Assembly: GCA_965232515.1 (NCBI GenBank)
Contig: CBDDPY010000002.1
Coordinates: forward strand, 5,984,001-6,048,000
Direction of reading: 5' to 3'
DNA: 64,000 nt
From: Alphaproteobacteria bacterium
GTDB lineage: Bacteria > Pseudomonadota > Alphaproteobacteria > GCA-2731375
Below the pieces are notes generated by a model. The model made no database searches. It was given only the letters and a program-made list of their open reading frames with translations, and was not told where the DNA came from. A program made the translations under genes and the position numbers. This document shows positions 1 to 8,733 of the stretch, piece by piece (position 1 is the stretch's first letter; each line of letters begins with the position of its first letter).

Positions 1-106
1 GTCAAGTGTGACAATTACCCATGCGCACGCGGCCGTGCTTGTGGGAAACTGGCCGTAAGTTGGGGTCGATGCGCCGCTAAGTCGCGTACGGAAGGGGAGT
101 GCTGTC

Positions 107-958
107 ATGTTCAGCCCGACCAATGTCCTCATCGACGCCTTTGTCGATTATCTGAAGCAGACCTATCATCAGACCTACGGCCTGCTGGAGCCGGAATACC
201 CCAACGTCATTGCCTATTGCGGCCGGATCGCGCTGGAGAACATCGCCAACAGCGACGCCGCCTATCACGACATGCACCACACGATGATGGTTGCACTGGT
301 CGGCCAGGAGATCCTGAAGGGCCGGCATATCAGCGAGGGCGGGGTGGCGCCGAAGGACTGGCTGCATTTTGTCGTCGGGCTGCTGTGCCACGACATCGGC
401 TATGTGCGCGGCGTCTGTAGCGGCGACGGCGAGGACAGTTTCGTGACTGACGACGCCGGCGGCAGGGTGACGGCGCCGCGTGGTGCCACGGACGCCTTCC
501 TGACGCCCTATCACATCAACCGATCGCAGATTTTCGTGCGCGAGCGCTTCGGCGGCGTCGCCATCATGGATGCCGAGGAGATCTGCCGGAATGTCGAATA
601 CACCCGGTTCCCGGTGCCAGAGGAAGGCTATGCCGAGACCGGCGACTATCCCGGTCTGCTGCGGGCCGCCGACCTGATCGGCCAGATGGGCGACATCAAC
701 TATGTCCGCCGCATTCCGGCGCTGTTCGCCGAGTTTCAGGAGACCGGCACCAACGACGCGCTGGGCTACAAGACGCCAGCCGATCTGCGCGAGGCCTATC
801 CCAAGTTCTTCTGGAACATGGTGCGGCCGCATATCGATGACGGGCTGCGCTATCTGCGGGTGACGCAGGAAGGCAAGATGTGGATCGCCGGCCTTTATGC
901 GCACATCTTCGCCGAGGAACACCGCGCGGACCCGGACGGCACGGTGCGCGACCTCTAG
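107..958 (+). CDS. HD-domain metal-dependent phosphohydrolase (Npun_R2479-like family)
   Basis: YHDMHHT, CHDIGY and RAADLIGQ motifs of HD metallo-phosphohydrolases; GGGGAG RBS upstream of the ATG. Confidence 0.8.
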   Translation: MFSPTNVLIDAFVDYLKQTYHQTYGLLEPEYPNVIAYCGRIALENIANSDAAYHDMHHTMMVALVGQEILKGRHISEGGVAPKDWLHFVVGLLCHDIGYVRGVCSGDGEDSFVTDDAGGRVTAPRGATDAFLTPYHINRSQIFVRERFGGVAIMDAEEICRNVEYTRFPVPEEGYAETGDYPGLLRAADLIGQMGDINYVRRIPALFAEFQETGTNDALGYKTPADLREAYPKFFWNMVRPHIDDGLRYLRVTQEGKMWIAGLYAHIFAEEHRADPDGTVRDL

Positions 959-969
959 ACGGTTCTGGC

Positions 970-2148
970 CTACACGATGTTGGCTTCGCGGACCGGGCGG
1001 TTGGCGGGGATGCGGTCGTAGGCGAAGACCGTGAGGTCGAGACTGCGGTAGGCGCCGTGCGCGATGAGCTCGGCGACGGCGCGGCCGGCGGCGGGCGACT
1101 GCTGGATGCCGTGGCCGCTGAAGCCGTTGCAGAACATGAGGCCGCCGATCTCCGGGTGCGGACCCAGGATGGCGTTGTGATCGAAGGTGTTGAAGTCGTA
1201 GTGGCCGGCCCAGGCGGATGACAGCTTGATCGCCTCGAAGGCCGGCACGCGGTGGGCCAGCGTCGGCCAGATGGTCTCCTCGAAGACGTCGTATTCCAGC
1301 TCCAGATCGTCGCAGTCGGGGTCCTGGTCTTCCGGCGGCGAGACGATGCCGAGATACTGGCCGCTTTCCGGCCGGAAGGTGACGCCGTTGGTGTCAATGG
1401 TGAGTGGCGCCGACGACAGGTCCTCGCGGCAGTCGAAGACGTAGGTCATGCGCTTGCGCGGCCGCACCGGCAGCTCCGTGCCGGCGAAGCGGGCGATGTC
1501 GCCGGCGCGGGGCCCGGCGGCATTGACCAGCACGCCGCAGGCGATGTCGCCGCCGTCGCGCAGGCTGACGCCGCTCACGCGCGCGCCGTCACGGGCAACG
1601 TCGACGACGGCATCCTTCACGTAGGTCGTGCCGAGGGAGATCGCCTTGCGGCGGAAGCCCTGCAGCAGGGCGTGCGGATCGATCCAACCCTCGTTGCGCG
1701 GCCCGAAGCAGCCGCCGGCGAGCCCGTCCGTGTTGATCCAGGGGAAGCGTTCGGCGAGCGCGTCGGGCGACATCAGGTCGACCTTGCAGCCGAGCGATTT
1801 CTGCGTCTCGACATTCTGTTGCAGGATCGGCAGGCCGTCGGCGCTGGCCAGGAACAGATAGCCGTTCTCGTGGAAACCGAGGTCGGGCCCCTCGCCGTCG
1901 ACCGCCAGGACGTCGGCGGCCCGGCGGGCGAACTCGATGCCGAACATGGACATGCGGATGTTGTCGGGGTGCGAGAATTGCTGCCGCAGGCCGCCCCAGG
2001 ACCGGGTGGTGGCGCAGGCGGCGTAGGTTGGGTCGGGCTCGACCACCAGCACCGTGCCGTCGAAGTCCGGGTCGGCGGCGAGCCAGTAGGCGACGGAGCT
2101 GCCGACCACGCCGCCGCCGGCGATCACCACGTCGTAAGCCTGTTGCAT
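970..2148 (-). CDS. FAD-dependent oxidoreductase (DAO/sarcosine oxidase beta/FOXRED1-like)
   Basis: N-terminal GGGVVG FAD motif; C-terminal NGFSGHGIQQSPA. Confidence 0.88.
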   Translation of the reverse strand: MQQAYDVVIAGGGVVGSSVAYWLAADPDFDGTVLVVEPDPTYAACATTRSWGGLRQQFSHPDNIRMSMFGIEFARRAADVLAVDGEGPDLGFHENGYLFLASADGLPILQQNVETQKSLGCKVDLMSPDALAERFPWINTDGLAGGCFGPRNEGWIDPHALLQGFRRKAISLGTTYVKDAVVDVARDGARVSGVSLRDGGDIACGVLVNAAGPRAGDIARFAGTELPVRPRKRMTYVFDCREDLSSAPLTIDTNGVTFRPESGQYLGIVSPPEDQDPDCDDLELEYDVFEETIWPTLAHRVPAFEAIKLSSAWAGHYDFNTFDHNAILGPHPEIGGLMFCNGFSGHGIQQSPAAGRAVAELIAHGAYRSLDLTVFAYDRIPANRPVREANIV

Positions 2149-2215
2149 GTCTGTCCCTGCCGTCTCGCGTTGTTGTTCGTTTGCCGCAGCCTAGCCGCTC
2201 ATTTCCACGAGGTCG

Positions 2216-2233
2216 ACTGAACAGCGGTTCAGT
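2216..2233. promoter_or_regulatory. Palindrome ACTGAAC-AGCG-GTTCAGT, candidate operator
   Basis: Perfect 7-bp inverted repeat between the divergent oxidoreductase and monooxygenase genes. Confidence 0.4.
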
Positions 2234-2304
2234 TCGGCGTTGCCTGACCGGCGGCCGGCCCATAACATTCGCATACAAACGTTCGTCCGATGAGGAGCAC
2301 CGCC

Positions 2305-3411
2305 ATGGACCTGGGCATATTCATGATGCCATTGCACGCGCCCGACAAGCCGTTCCTGACGTCGCTGCGCGAGGACCAGGCGGCGGTGCTGCTGGCCGAC
2401 GAGCTCGGTTGCAGCGAAGCCTGGGTCGGCGAGCACTATTCGTCGGAGTCCGAACCAATCACCTCGCCGTTGATCTTCCTGGCCTCGCTGATGGCGGAGA
2501 CCAAGCAGATCAAGTTCGGCACCGGCGTCATCAATCTGCCCCAGCAGCATCCGGCCGTGGTGGCGGGACACGTGGCGATGTTCGACCAGCTCTGCGAGGG
2601 CCGATTCATCTTCGGCATCGGCGCCGGCGGCTTGGCAAGCGACTTCGAGCTGTTCCAGATGCCGGACGTCGCCGAGCGGGGGCAGATGCTGGCCGAGTCG
2701 ATCCAGACCATTCTGGAGATCTGGAAGCAGGATCCGCCCTACGAGATTGACGGCAAGCACTGGAACATCTCGCTCAAAAATGCGGTCTGGCCAGAGATCG
2801 GCGTCGGCCGCATGGCCCGGCCCTATCAGCAGCCGCATCCGCCCATCGCCATGTCGATCATGAGCCCGTCATCGTCAACGGCAAAGGTCTGCGGCACGCG
2901 GGGCTGGATTCCGCTGTCGGCGAACTTTCTGCCGTCGTTCCATTTGGCCAGCCATTGGGCGATGTATGTCGAGGGCTGCGAGGCGGCCGGGCATCGGCCG
3001 GACCGCTCGAAATGGCGCGTCGCGCGCAACATCGTGGTGGCCGAGAGCGACGCCGAGGCCGAGGACTACATCCATAATCCCGACAACGCGCCGCACTTCT
3101 ATTACGAATACCTCATCACCATGCTGAAGAAGCGCAACGCCACGGCAGCGTTCAAGACCCGGCCCGACATGACCGACGACGAGGTCGACGCGGCGCATGG
3201 CGTACGCACCATGTATATCGCCGGCAGTCCCGACACCGTGACCGAGAAGCTGGTGGCGCTGCGCGAGGAGACCGGCGATTTCGGCACGCTGATCGCGACC
3301 CAGCACGACTGGGACGACGTCGCCTTCAATCGCCGCTCGCTGACGCTGCTGGCGAACGAGGTGATGCCGCGGTTCCGGGCGCATGCCGAGGCGACCCAGG
3401 CGGCTGAGTAA
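2305..3411 (+). CDS. LLM-class (luciferase-like) flavin-dependent monooxygenase
   Basis: AWVGEHY, FGTGVINL, GRFIFGIG, PYQQPHPP and IAGSPDTV motifs; AGGAG precedes ATG 2305. Confidence 0.88.
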   Translation: MDLGIFMMPLHAPDKPFLTSLREDQAAVLLADELGCSEAWVGEHYSSESEPITSPLIFLASLMAETKQIKFGTGVINLPQQHPAVVAGHVAMFDQLCEGRFIFGIGAGGLASDFELFQMPDVAERGQMLAESIQTILEIWKQDPPYEIDGKHWNISLKNAVWPEIGVGRMARPYQQPHPPIAMSIMSPSSSTAKVCGTRGWIPLSANFLPSFHLASHWAMYVEGCEAAGHRPDRSKWRVARNIVVAESDAEAEDYIHNPDNAPHFYYEYLITMLKKRNATAAFKTRPDMTDDEVDAAHGVRTMYIAGSPDTVTEKLVALREETGDFGTLIATQHDWDDVAFNRRSLTLLANEVMPRFRAHAEATQAAE

Positions 3412-3429
3412 GCCGGCCGACCGACGGTC

Positions 3430-4563
3430 ATGATCCTCACCGACGAGCAGCGCCAGATCCAGGAGATGGCGCGGCGCTTCAGCGCCGAACGTCTGGCGCC
3501 GAACGCGGCCGAGTGGGACCGCGCGGCGGCGCTGCCGCGCGCTGTTATCGACGAGATGGGCGCGCTCGGCTTCATGGGCATGTTCGTGCCCGAGGACTGG
3601 GGCGGCGCGGCGTCGGACCATGTCAGCTTCGCGCTGGTGCTGGAGGAGATCGCCGCCGGCTGCGGCGCCGTCTCGACGGCGATCAGCGGGCATAACTCCG
3701 TCGCCTGCCTGCCGATCCTGGACTACGGCACGGAGGCGCAGAAGTCGGCCTATTTGCCGAAGCTGGCCCGCGGCGAGATGCTGGGCGCGTTCCTGTTGAC
3801 GGAGCCGCAGGGCGGGTCTGATGCGTCGAACCTGAAGACGCGGGCGGTGCGCAACGGCAATGGCTGGATCGTCAACGGCACCAAGCAGTTCATCACCTCA
3901 GGTGAGAGCGCCGACCTGGGGCTGGTGTTCGCGGCAACCGATCCCGAGGCCGGCAAGTGCGGCATTAGCGCCTTCATCGTCGAGACCGACAATCCGGGCT
4001 ACGTGGTCGACCGCGTCGAGAACAAGCTGGGCCAGCGCGCGTCCGACACCTGCCAGATCTCGTTCCAGGAGATGCGGCTGCCGGCCGACGCCATGCTGGG
4101 CGCGGAGGGCGAGGGTTACAAGATCGCGCTCGCCAACCTGGAAGGCGGCCGCGTCGGCATCGCCGCCCAGGCCGTCGGCATGGCGCGCGCCGCCTTCGAG
4201 GCCGCGCGCGATTACGCCCGCGAGCGCGAGACCTTCGGCAAGCCGATCATCGAACACCAGGCCGTGGCCTTTCGGCTGGCCGACATGGCGACCGGGATCG
4301 AGGCGGCGCGGCAGATGACGTTGCACGCGGCCGAGTTGCGCGACCGTGGCGAACCCTGCCTGAAGGAGGCGAGCATGGCGAAGCTGTTCGCCTCCGAAAT
4401 GGCCGAGCGGGTCTGTTCGGACGCGATCCAGACCTTCGGTGGCTACGGCTATGTCGAGGATTACCCCGTCGCCCGCATCGCCCGCGACGTCCGCGTCTGC
4501 AAGATCTACGAAGGCACCAACGACATCCAGAAGCTGGTGATCAGCCGGGCGTTGGCGGGGTGA
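3430..4563 (+). CDS. Acyl-CoA dehydrogenase (short/branched-chain type)
   Basis: LTEPQGGSD, NGTKQFIT, QTFGGYGY and KIYEGTNDIQ signatures. Confidence 0.95.
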   Translation: MILTDEQRQIQEMARRFSAERLAPNAAEWDRAAALPRAVIDEMGALGFMGMFVPEDWGGAASDHVSFALVLEEIAAGCGAVSTAISGHNSVACLPILDYGTEAQKSAYLPKLARGEMLGAFLLTEPQGGSDASNLKTRAVRNGNGWIVNGTKQFITSGESADLGLVFAATDPEAGKCGISAFIVETDNPGYVVDRVENKLGQRASDTCQISFQEMRLPADAMLGAEGEGYKIALANLEGGRVGIAAQAVGMARAAFEAARDYARERETFGKPIIEHQAVAFRLADMATGIEAARQMTLHAAELRDRGEPCLKEASMAKLFASEMAERVCSDAIQTFGGYGYVEDYPVARIARDVRVCKIYEGTNDIQKLVISRALAG

Positions 4564-4565
4564 GG
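4505..4565 (+). repeat. Left copy of a 61-bp direct repeat (functional 3' end of the acyl-CoA dehydrogenase gene)
   Basis: TCTACGAAGGCACCAACGACATCCAGAAGCTGGTGATCAGCCGGGCGTTGGCGGGGTGAGG; matches 6410-6470 at 59 of 61 positions. Confidence 0.95.
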
Positions 4566-4785
4566 TTATACGCTTCGACTTCGTTCACGCCTCCTTCTTC
4601 ACGTAACAGTCGGGAGCCGTTTCTCCAAAAAGAGGAGTTTCAGTGCCGGCAGTTTGCGGACTACTCAATGTCATCAGTACCGTACCAGTGGGCACCGCAA
4701 TTATTCCTATTGAAAACAATCTTATTGGGCGACTATATTTGGCGTAACACACGTATTAGAATGCATTTTTTTGAGGCTTTTGACG

Positions 4786-5436
4786 ATGATAGTGTCCAAA
4801 AATGAAATCGGACTAGCGCTACTGCGGTCTACCATGCGTGGCCGAATTGAACCTATGTTCGGGGTAGAGGAGATTGCGGATTTAAATGAAGATCTAGTTC
4901 GATTTCTGTTTCAAGAACAGCTTCTTGCCCGATTAGATAAGAAGTGGCCCTCAGTTGTGACCAGTACTGATGATAACATTAATGAGGGATTTCCAGAAGG
5001 CCGCGCAGTTCCAATCGATCTTGCCTCATTCTGTGATTCTGAAATATCTGTGTCTGATTTTGGTGAGACTATGGAAAGAATATTCACCTATGCGCAAGAT
5101 GAAGGCATCGCTATTTGGACAGTTCCGCTCCCGAGCGCTCGAAAATATTTTTTCGAAGGTTTGAGAGATGTGATCTATAGCCGTTCCGGCTGGTTCACTA
5201 GCGGTGCTCCCTCAAGTCAAACGAATGTGCCAAATGTGACCGTAACCTCAGCTCCGGCGAATCAACAGGCGCTATGGACCAAAGGTCATTTCTTTGGTCG
5301 TCACACCGTATTTGGCACAACCACACATGATCAAACCGTAAGTCCAGGAATATACTCTTTTTGGCTTCGGCACGATGTGCCGACGCCGCATCTACCTCTT
5401 TATGACATTCAGAAAGATACAACCGTGCCACTTTAG
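4786..5436 (+). CDS. Hypothetical protein; C-terminus weakly PEGA-like
   Basis: Long ORF in AT-rich DNA; GAGG precedes ATG 4786 (alternative TTG 4771); VTVTSAP...FGTT...VSPGIYSFWL resembles the PEGA pattern. Confidence 0.65.
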   Translation: MIVSKNEIGLALLRSTMRGRIEPMFGVEEIADLNEDLVRFLFQEQLLARLDKKWPSVVTSTDDNINEGFPEGRAVPIDLASFCDSEISVSDFGETMERIFTYAQDEGIAIWTVPLPSARKYFFEGLRDVIYSRSGWFTSGAPSSQTNVPNVTVTSAPANQQALWTKGHFFGRHTVFGTTTHDQTVSPGIYSFWLRHDVPTPHLPLYDIQKDTTVPL

Positions 5437-5457
5437 CTGATACCTAGGATTGCTGTT

Positions 5458-6057
5458 GTGGGTGCTGGCAACGAGATGATCGAGTACGGCTCTCTAGCAG
5501 AAATAGTCAAGAACGTAGGTATTTTGTTAGCAGCCGTCTTAGCAATTTCCCTTGGCTGGATGAAGAGACATGGCTCTCAGTGGATTCCGCCCGATGAAGC
5601 GGTACCGAAGGCGACTACACGGACTGCATCTTTAATTACGGCGGTCTTGTTAGCTTTCCTGTATGCATTTCTTCGTCAGCCCGAGAGAATAATTGTCCTT
5701 GCTATATTAACTTTCCTTTCGCTCATAACCGCTGTCTCTGGTCACTTGTATATAGTCTACCTTTTGAAACGCTATGGGTTCGAAGTTGAAGGCAAAACTT
5801 GGTTCGGAAAAAAAATAAAAAGAATAAAGCTCGGCGGATCGAAGCTTACACACGATGCCATTAGGGCCAGGGAGGTAAGAAAAGTTGACGTCGATCGTCT
5901 ATTTGAAGAGTCTGGAGGAGTACTAGAAGCTGTTTTTACAAAACAATCAATTGCAAAGATACATACAACTGTATCTGCAGTGTTTCTTATTTTTCAGTCG
6001 TTCGGCTCGTTGGCATTGGGTGGAGCAGGTCTCCTCCTTAGTACCGCTAGCGTTTAG
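5458..6057 (+). CDS. Hypothetical membrane protein (~4 TM, basic soluble loop)
   Basis: Three N-terminal hydrophobic stretches and one C-terminal stretch; 21 bp downstream of the previous ORF; alternative ATG 5476. Confidence 0.7.
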   Translation: MGAGNEMIEYGSLAEIVKNVGILLAAVLAISLGWMKRHGSQWIPPDEAVPKATTRTASLITAVLLAFLYAFLRQPERIIVLAILTFLSLITAVSGHLYIVYLLKRYGFEVEGKTWFGKKIKRIKLGGSKLTHDAIRAREVRKVDVDRLFEESGGVLEAVFTKQSIAKIHTTVSAVFLIFQSFGSLALGGAGLLLSTASV

Positions 6058-6409
6058 GTTGCGATCACAGCGTGCTTTTGGCATGGGATAGACAGATAGG
6101 TAGCCTCATGCCAGCGATGTTCCGAGGGCGCGGCTTGAGGAAATCTATTCGCCGGCTGTTTTCGCTTTTTCGCTAATAAGGTTGAACACCAGGAACTTGC
6201 CGTTTGGCGTACCACAGGGGCTACAGGTGTTCGGGCATGTTAGGTCTTAGCGGGTGTTGGTCGAAGAGGCGTTTGGTCAGCGTCACGTCCGTGCTCGTTT
6301 CGGAACCGGGAAGGAGCAGGCATATTCACTCAACCGAAGGTTGTATATGTCAACGATAGCGACATCAACCAGGTGTTTGTAGTGCAGAATTACTGCATTT
6401 CACCATCAC

Positions 6410-6470
6410 TCTACGAAGGCACCAACGACATCCAGAATCTGGTGATTAGCCGGGCGTTGGCGGGGTGAGG
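6410..6470 (+). repeat. Right (orphan) copy of the acyl-CoA dehydrogenase 3' end
   Basis: Encodes YEGTNDIQNLVISRALAG-stop; differs from 4505-4565 only at AAG>AAT and ATC>ATT. Confidence 0.95.
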
Positions 6471-6504
6471 CCGTTCGAGAATTTCGTAAGGCTTCGATGC
6501 CGTT

Positions 6505-6652
6505 GCCCTCACCCCCCACGCGACCAAGGTCGCGCGGGTCCCCCCTCTCCCGCAAGCGAGAGAGGGAAAACATGCCGGAGAGGTAACGGCCCCTCTCCCG
6601 CTTGCGGGAGAGGGAGGGACCCGCGAGCGTCAGCTCGGGGGAGGGTGAGGGC
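6505..6652. repeat. REP-like palindromic intergenic element, copy A
   Basis: GCCCTCACCC...CCCTCTCCCGCAAGCGAGAGAGGG...CCCTCTCCCGCTTGCGGGAGAGGG...GGGTGAGGGC; same architecture as 10713 and 22707. Confidence 0.9.
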
Positions 6653-6654
6653 CT

Positions 6655-7725
6655 TTAAGGCCGAACGTCCAGGATGATGTTGAAGGGGGTTTCGGTGGCG
6701 CGGCGCACCGAAGTGAAGCCGGCCTCGGCCAGGACCTCCGAGAGACGTTTTTCGCCGGCTTGCGCGCCGAGGCCGAGGGCGACTTCCTGGGACAGCGAGT
6801 TCGGCGTGCAGATCGCGGTCGAGGCGGCGTAGTACATGCGGCCCACGGGATTGAGGTTATCCTCGACGCGGTCGCCGGCGAAGGGCTCGACCAGCAGCAC
6901 GCTGCCTTCCGGCGACAGCGCCGCGCGCGTGTGCCGGGCCGCGCCGACGGGGTCGCCGAGGTCGTGCAGGCAGTCCATGAAGCAGACGAGATCGTAGTTC
7001 CTGCCGGGGAAATCCTTGGCCGTGGCGACGTCGAAGGTGACCTGATTGGCGACGCCGGTTTCTTGCGCCCGTTGTCGGGCGGTCTTGATGGATTCTTCGT
7101 GGTAGTCGAAGCCGTGGAACACCGATTCCGGAAAGGCTTCGGCCATGACGATGGTCGAGGCGCCGTGTCCGCAGCCGATATCGGCGACCTTGGCGCCGGC
7201 CCTGAGCTTCTTCTCGACGCCTTCCAGCGCCGGGATCCACTCGGTCGTCAGATGCGCCCGGTAGCCGGTGCGGAAGAACGCTTCCGTGCCGCAGAACAGA
7301 CGGTGGTGATGCTCGTGCCAGCCGATGCCCTTGCCGGTGCGGAAGGCCTGGATAACCTTGTCCTCGTCGTGCCAGAGGCTGGAGGTGACGTCGAGGGCCG
7401 GGGCCATGAATACCGGGCTGTCTGATGTGGCGAGCACCATGGCGTGCTCCAGCGGCAGCTCGTAGGTGCGCACAGCAGGGTCGTAGGTGACGTAGCCGCC
7501 GGCGGCCTGGTTGTTGAGCCATTCGCGCACGTAGCGTTCGTGGGTGCCGGTCTCGTGCGCGAGCTCGGCCGACGTCATCGGCCCGGCGCCGGCCATGGCC
7601 CGGTAGAGGCCGAGCTTGTGACCGATATTGGTCAACACGCCCGAGATCGTCGCGCTCAACTCGGTGACGATCTGGCCGACGAAGGCCTCGATCCTGGCCT
7701 CGTCAAGCGGTGGTTGCGCTGTCAT
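6655..7725 (-). CDS. Class I SAM-dependent methyltransferase with N-terminal winged helix (Rv2258c-like)
   Basis: ERYVREWL wHTH, VADIGCGHG, DCLHDLGDP and GLGAQAGE motifs; AGGAG RBS before ATG 7725. Confidence 0.9.
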   Translation of the reverse strand: MTAQPPLDEARIEAFVGQIVTELSATISGVLTNIGHKLGLYRAMAGAGPMTSAELAHETGTHERYVREWLNNQAAGGYVTYDPAVRTYELPLEHAMVLATSDSPVFMAPALDVTSSLWHDEDKVIQAFRTGKGIGWHEHHHRLFCGTEAFFRTGYRAHLTTEWIPALEGVEKKLRAGAKVADIGCGHGASTIVMAEAFPESVFHGFDYHEESIKTARQRAQETGVANQVTFDVATAKDFPGRNYDLVCFMDCLHDLGDPVGAARHTRAALSPEGSVLLVEPFAGDRVEDNLNPVGRMYYAASTAICTPNSLSQEVALGLGAQAGEKRLSEVLAEAGFTSVRRATETPFNIILDVRP

Positions 7726-8569
7726 GTCGTGTCTCCTTGGACTCGTGGGATGTGGGTTGGTCGTGCCGGACGAGATGCGCCTCGATCGCGGCATTGACCG
7801 GGTGGGGATGGCTGAGCGGCACCATGTGGCCGGCGCCGGGCACATTGAGGACGACGAGATTGGGCAGCGTCGCCTGCAACAGATCGGCGACGCAGTGCAT
7901 CGGATAGGTCGTGCCGCCGGCCCGGATCAGCAGCGTCGGCACCTGGAACGCGGGATAGAGGTTGAGATCGTCGGGCCGCTGTAGCATCGCCGGCCAGGCG
8001 GCGGCGATGGCCGGCATGGTCCGGACGATGGCGTCGCGGCGGTCGAGCGGCATGGACTGCCAGGCCGGCGTGCCGATCCAATAGCCCATGAACAGATCGG
8101 CGCAGGCCTGGAAGTCGCCGCGCGCGGCCGCCGCCATGTGGTCGTGCGCCAGGTCGCTGATCTCGCGCCAGGCCCGGGGATCGCCGTGCCGTCGCAGGGG
8201 CTCGAAGATCGTCGGCTCGACCAGGGTCAGGCTGAGCAGGTCGAGCCGACGATCGAGCGCCGCCTTGAGGCTGATGGCGGCGCCGTAAGAGTGGCCGACG
8301 AGATGGAACGGCGCGCCGATATGGTCGGCAAGGCCGGCGATCAGGGCCATGTCGTCGTCGCCCGGCAGCGCCGGCCGGTTCGGCGGCAGCTCGGTCAGGC
8401 CGTGCCCACAAAGATCGGGCACGATCACGCGATGGCGCCGAACCAGCTGTTCGCTCAGGCTGCGCCAGACGGCGCGCGAGCTGCCGCTGCCATGGACCAG
8501 GACCACCGGCGGCCCCGCGCCGGCGTCGACAAAGGCAAAGCTTATTCCGTCGATATCGATTTTCGGCAT
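7703..8569 (-). CDS. Alpha/beta fold hydrolase
   Basis: VLVHG, GHSYG nucleophile elbow, GAGHMVP catalytic His. Confidence 0.88.
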   Translation of the reverse strand: MPKIDIDGISFAFVDAGAGPPVVLVHGSGSSRAVWRSLSEQLVRRHRVIVPDLCGHGLTELPPNRPALPGDDDMALIAGLADHIGAPFHLVGHSYGAAISLKAALDRRLDLLSLTLVEPTIFEPLRRHGDPRAWREISDLAHDHMAAAARGDFQACADLFMGYWIGTPAWQSMPLDRRDAIVRTMPAIAAAWPAMLQRPDDLNLYPAFQVPTLLIRAGGTTYPMHCVADLLQATLPNLVVLNVPGAGHMVPLSHPHPVNAAIEAHLVRHDQPTSHESKETRHDSATTA

Positions 8570-8733
8570 CTGAAACCTCTTTCACGTTGAGTTCCTCAAC
8601 CCGTTGGCGCGGGACCTTAGGCAGGGGGCGTGATCGGGCGCGCCGCAGGCTCGTGAAAAATGTGTTAAAGAAGCTCTGGGAGCGGGTTTGCATGACCGGC
8701 CGACCGGAAACGGCCGGCGGACGAGAGACAGAA

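Larger units (their letters stand above)
4566..6409. mobile_element. AT-rich genomic islet at the 3' end of the acyl-CoA dehydrogenase gene, no integrase encoded
   Basis: Abrupt drop in GC content between two near-identical copies of the gene 3' end. Confidence 0.75.

Noticed and set aside
2275-2286. ACAAACGTTCGT as a second site for the TetR operator at 13966
   Set aside because: Only a short core is shared, which is too weak to claim
4560-4805. 81-aa ORF at the left edge of the islet
   Set aside because: It starts inside the repeat, overlaps the next gene and has no recognisable motif; likely spurious
4505-6470. The 61-bp repeat pair as a diversity-generating retroelement template/variable repeat
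   Set aside because: The two differences (G/T, C/T) show no clear adenine-specific mutagenesis pattern, the repeat is short, and no reverse transcriptase is present
6465-6677. Short ORFs with PSPACGRG-like peptides (also near 10.7 and 22.7 kb)
   Set aside because: These are translations of the REP-like palindromes
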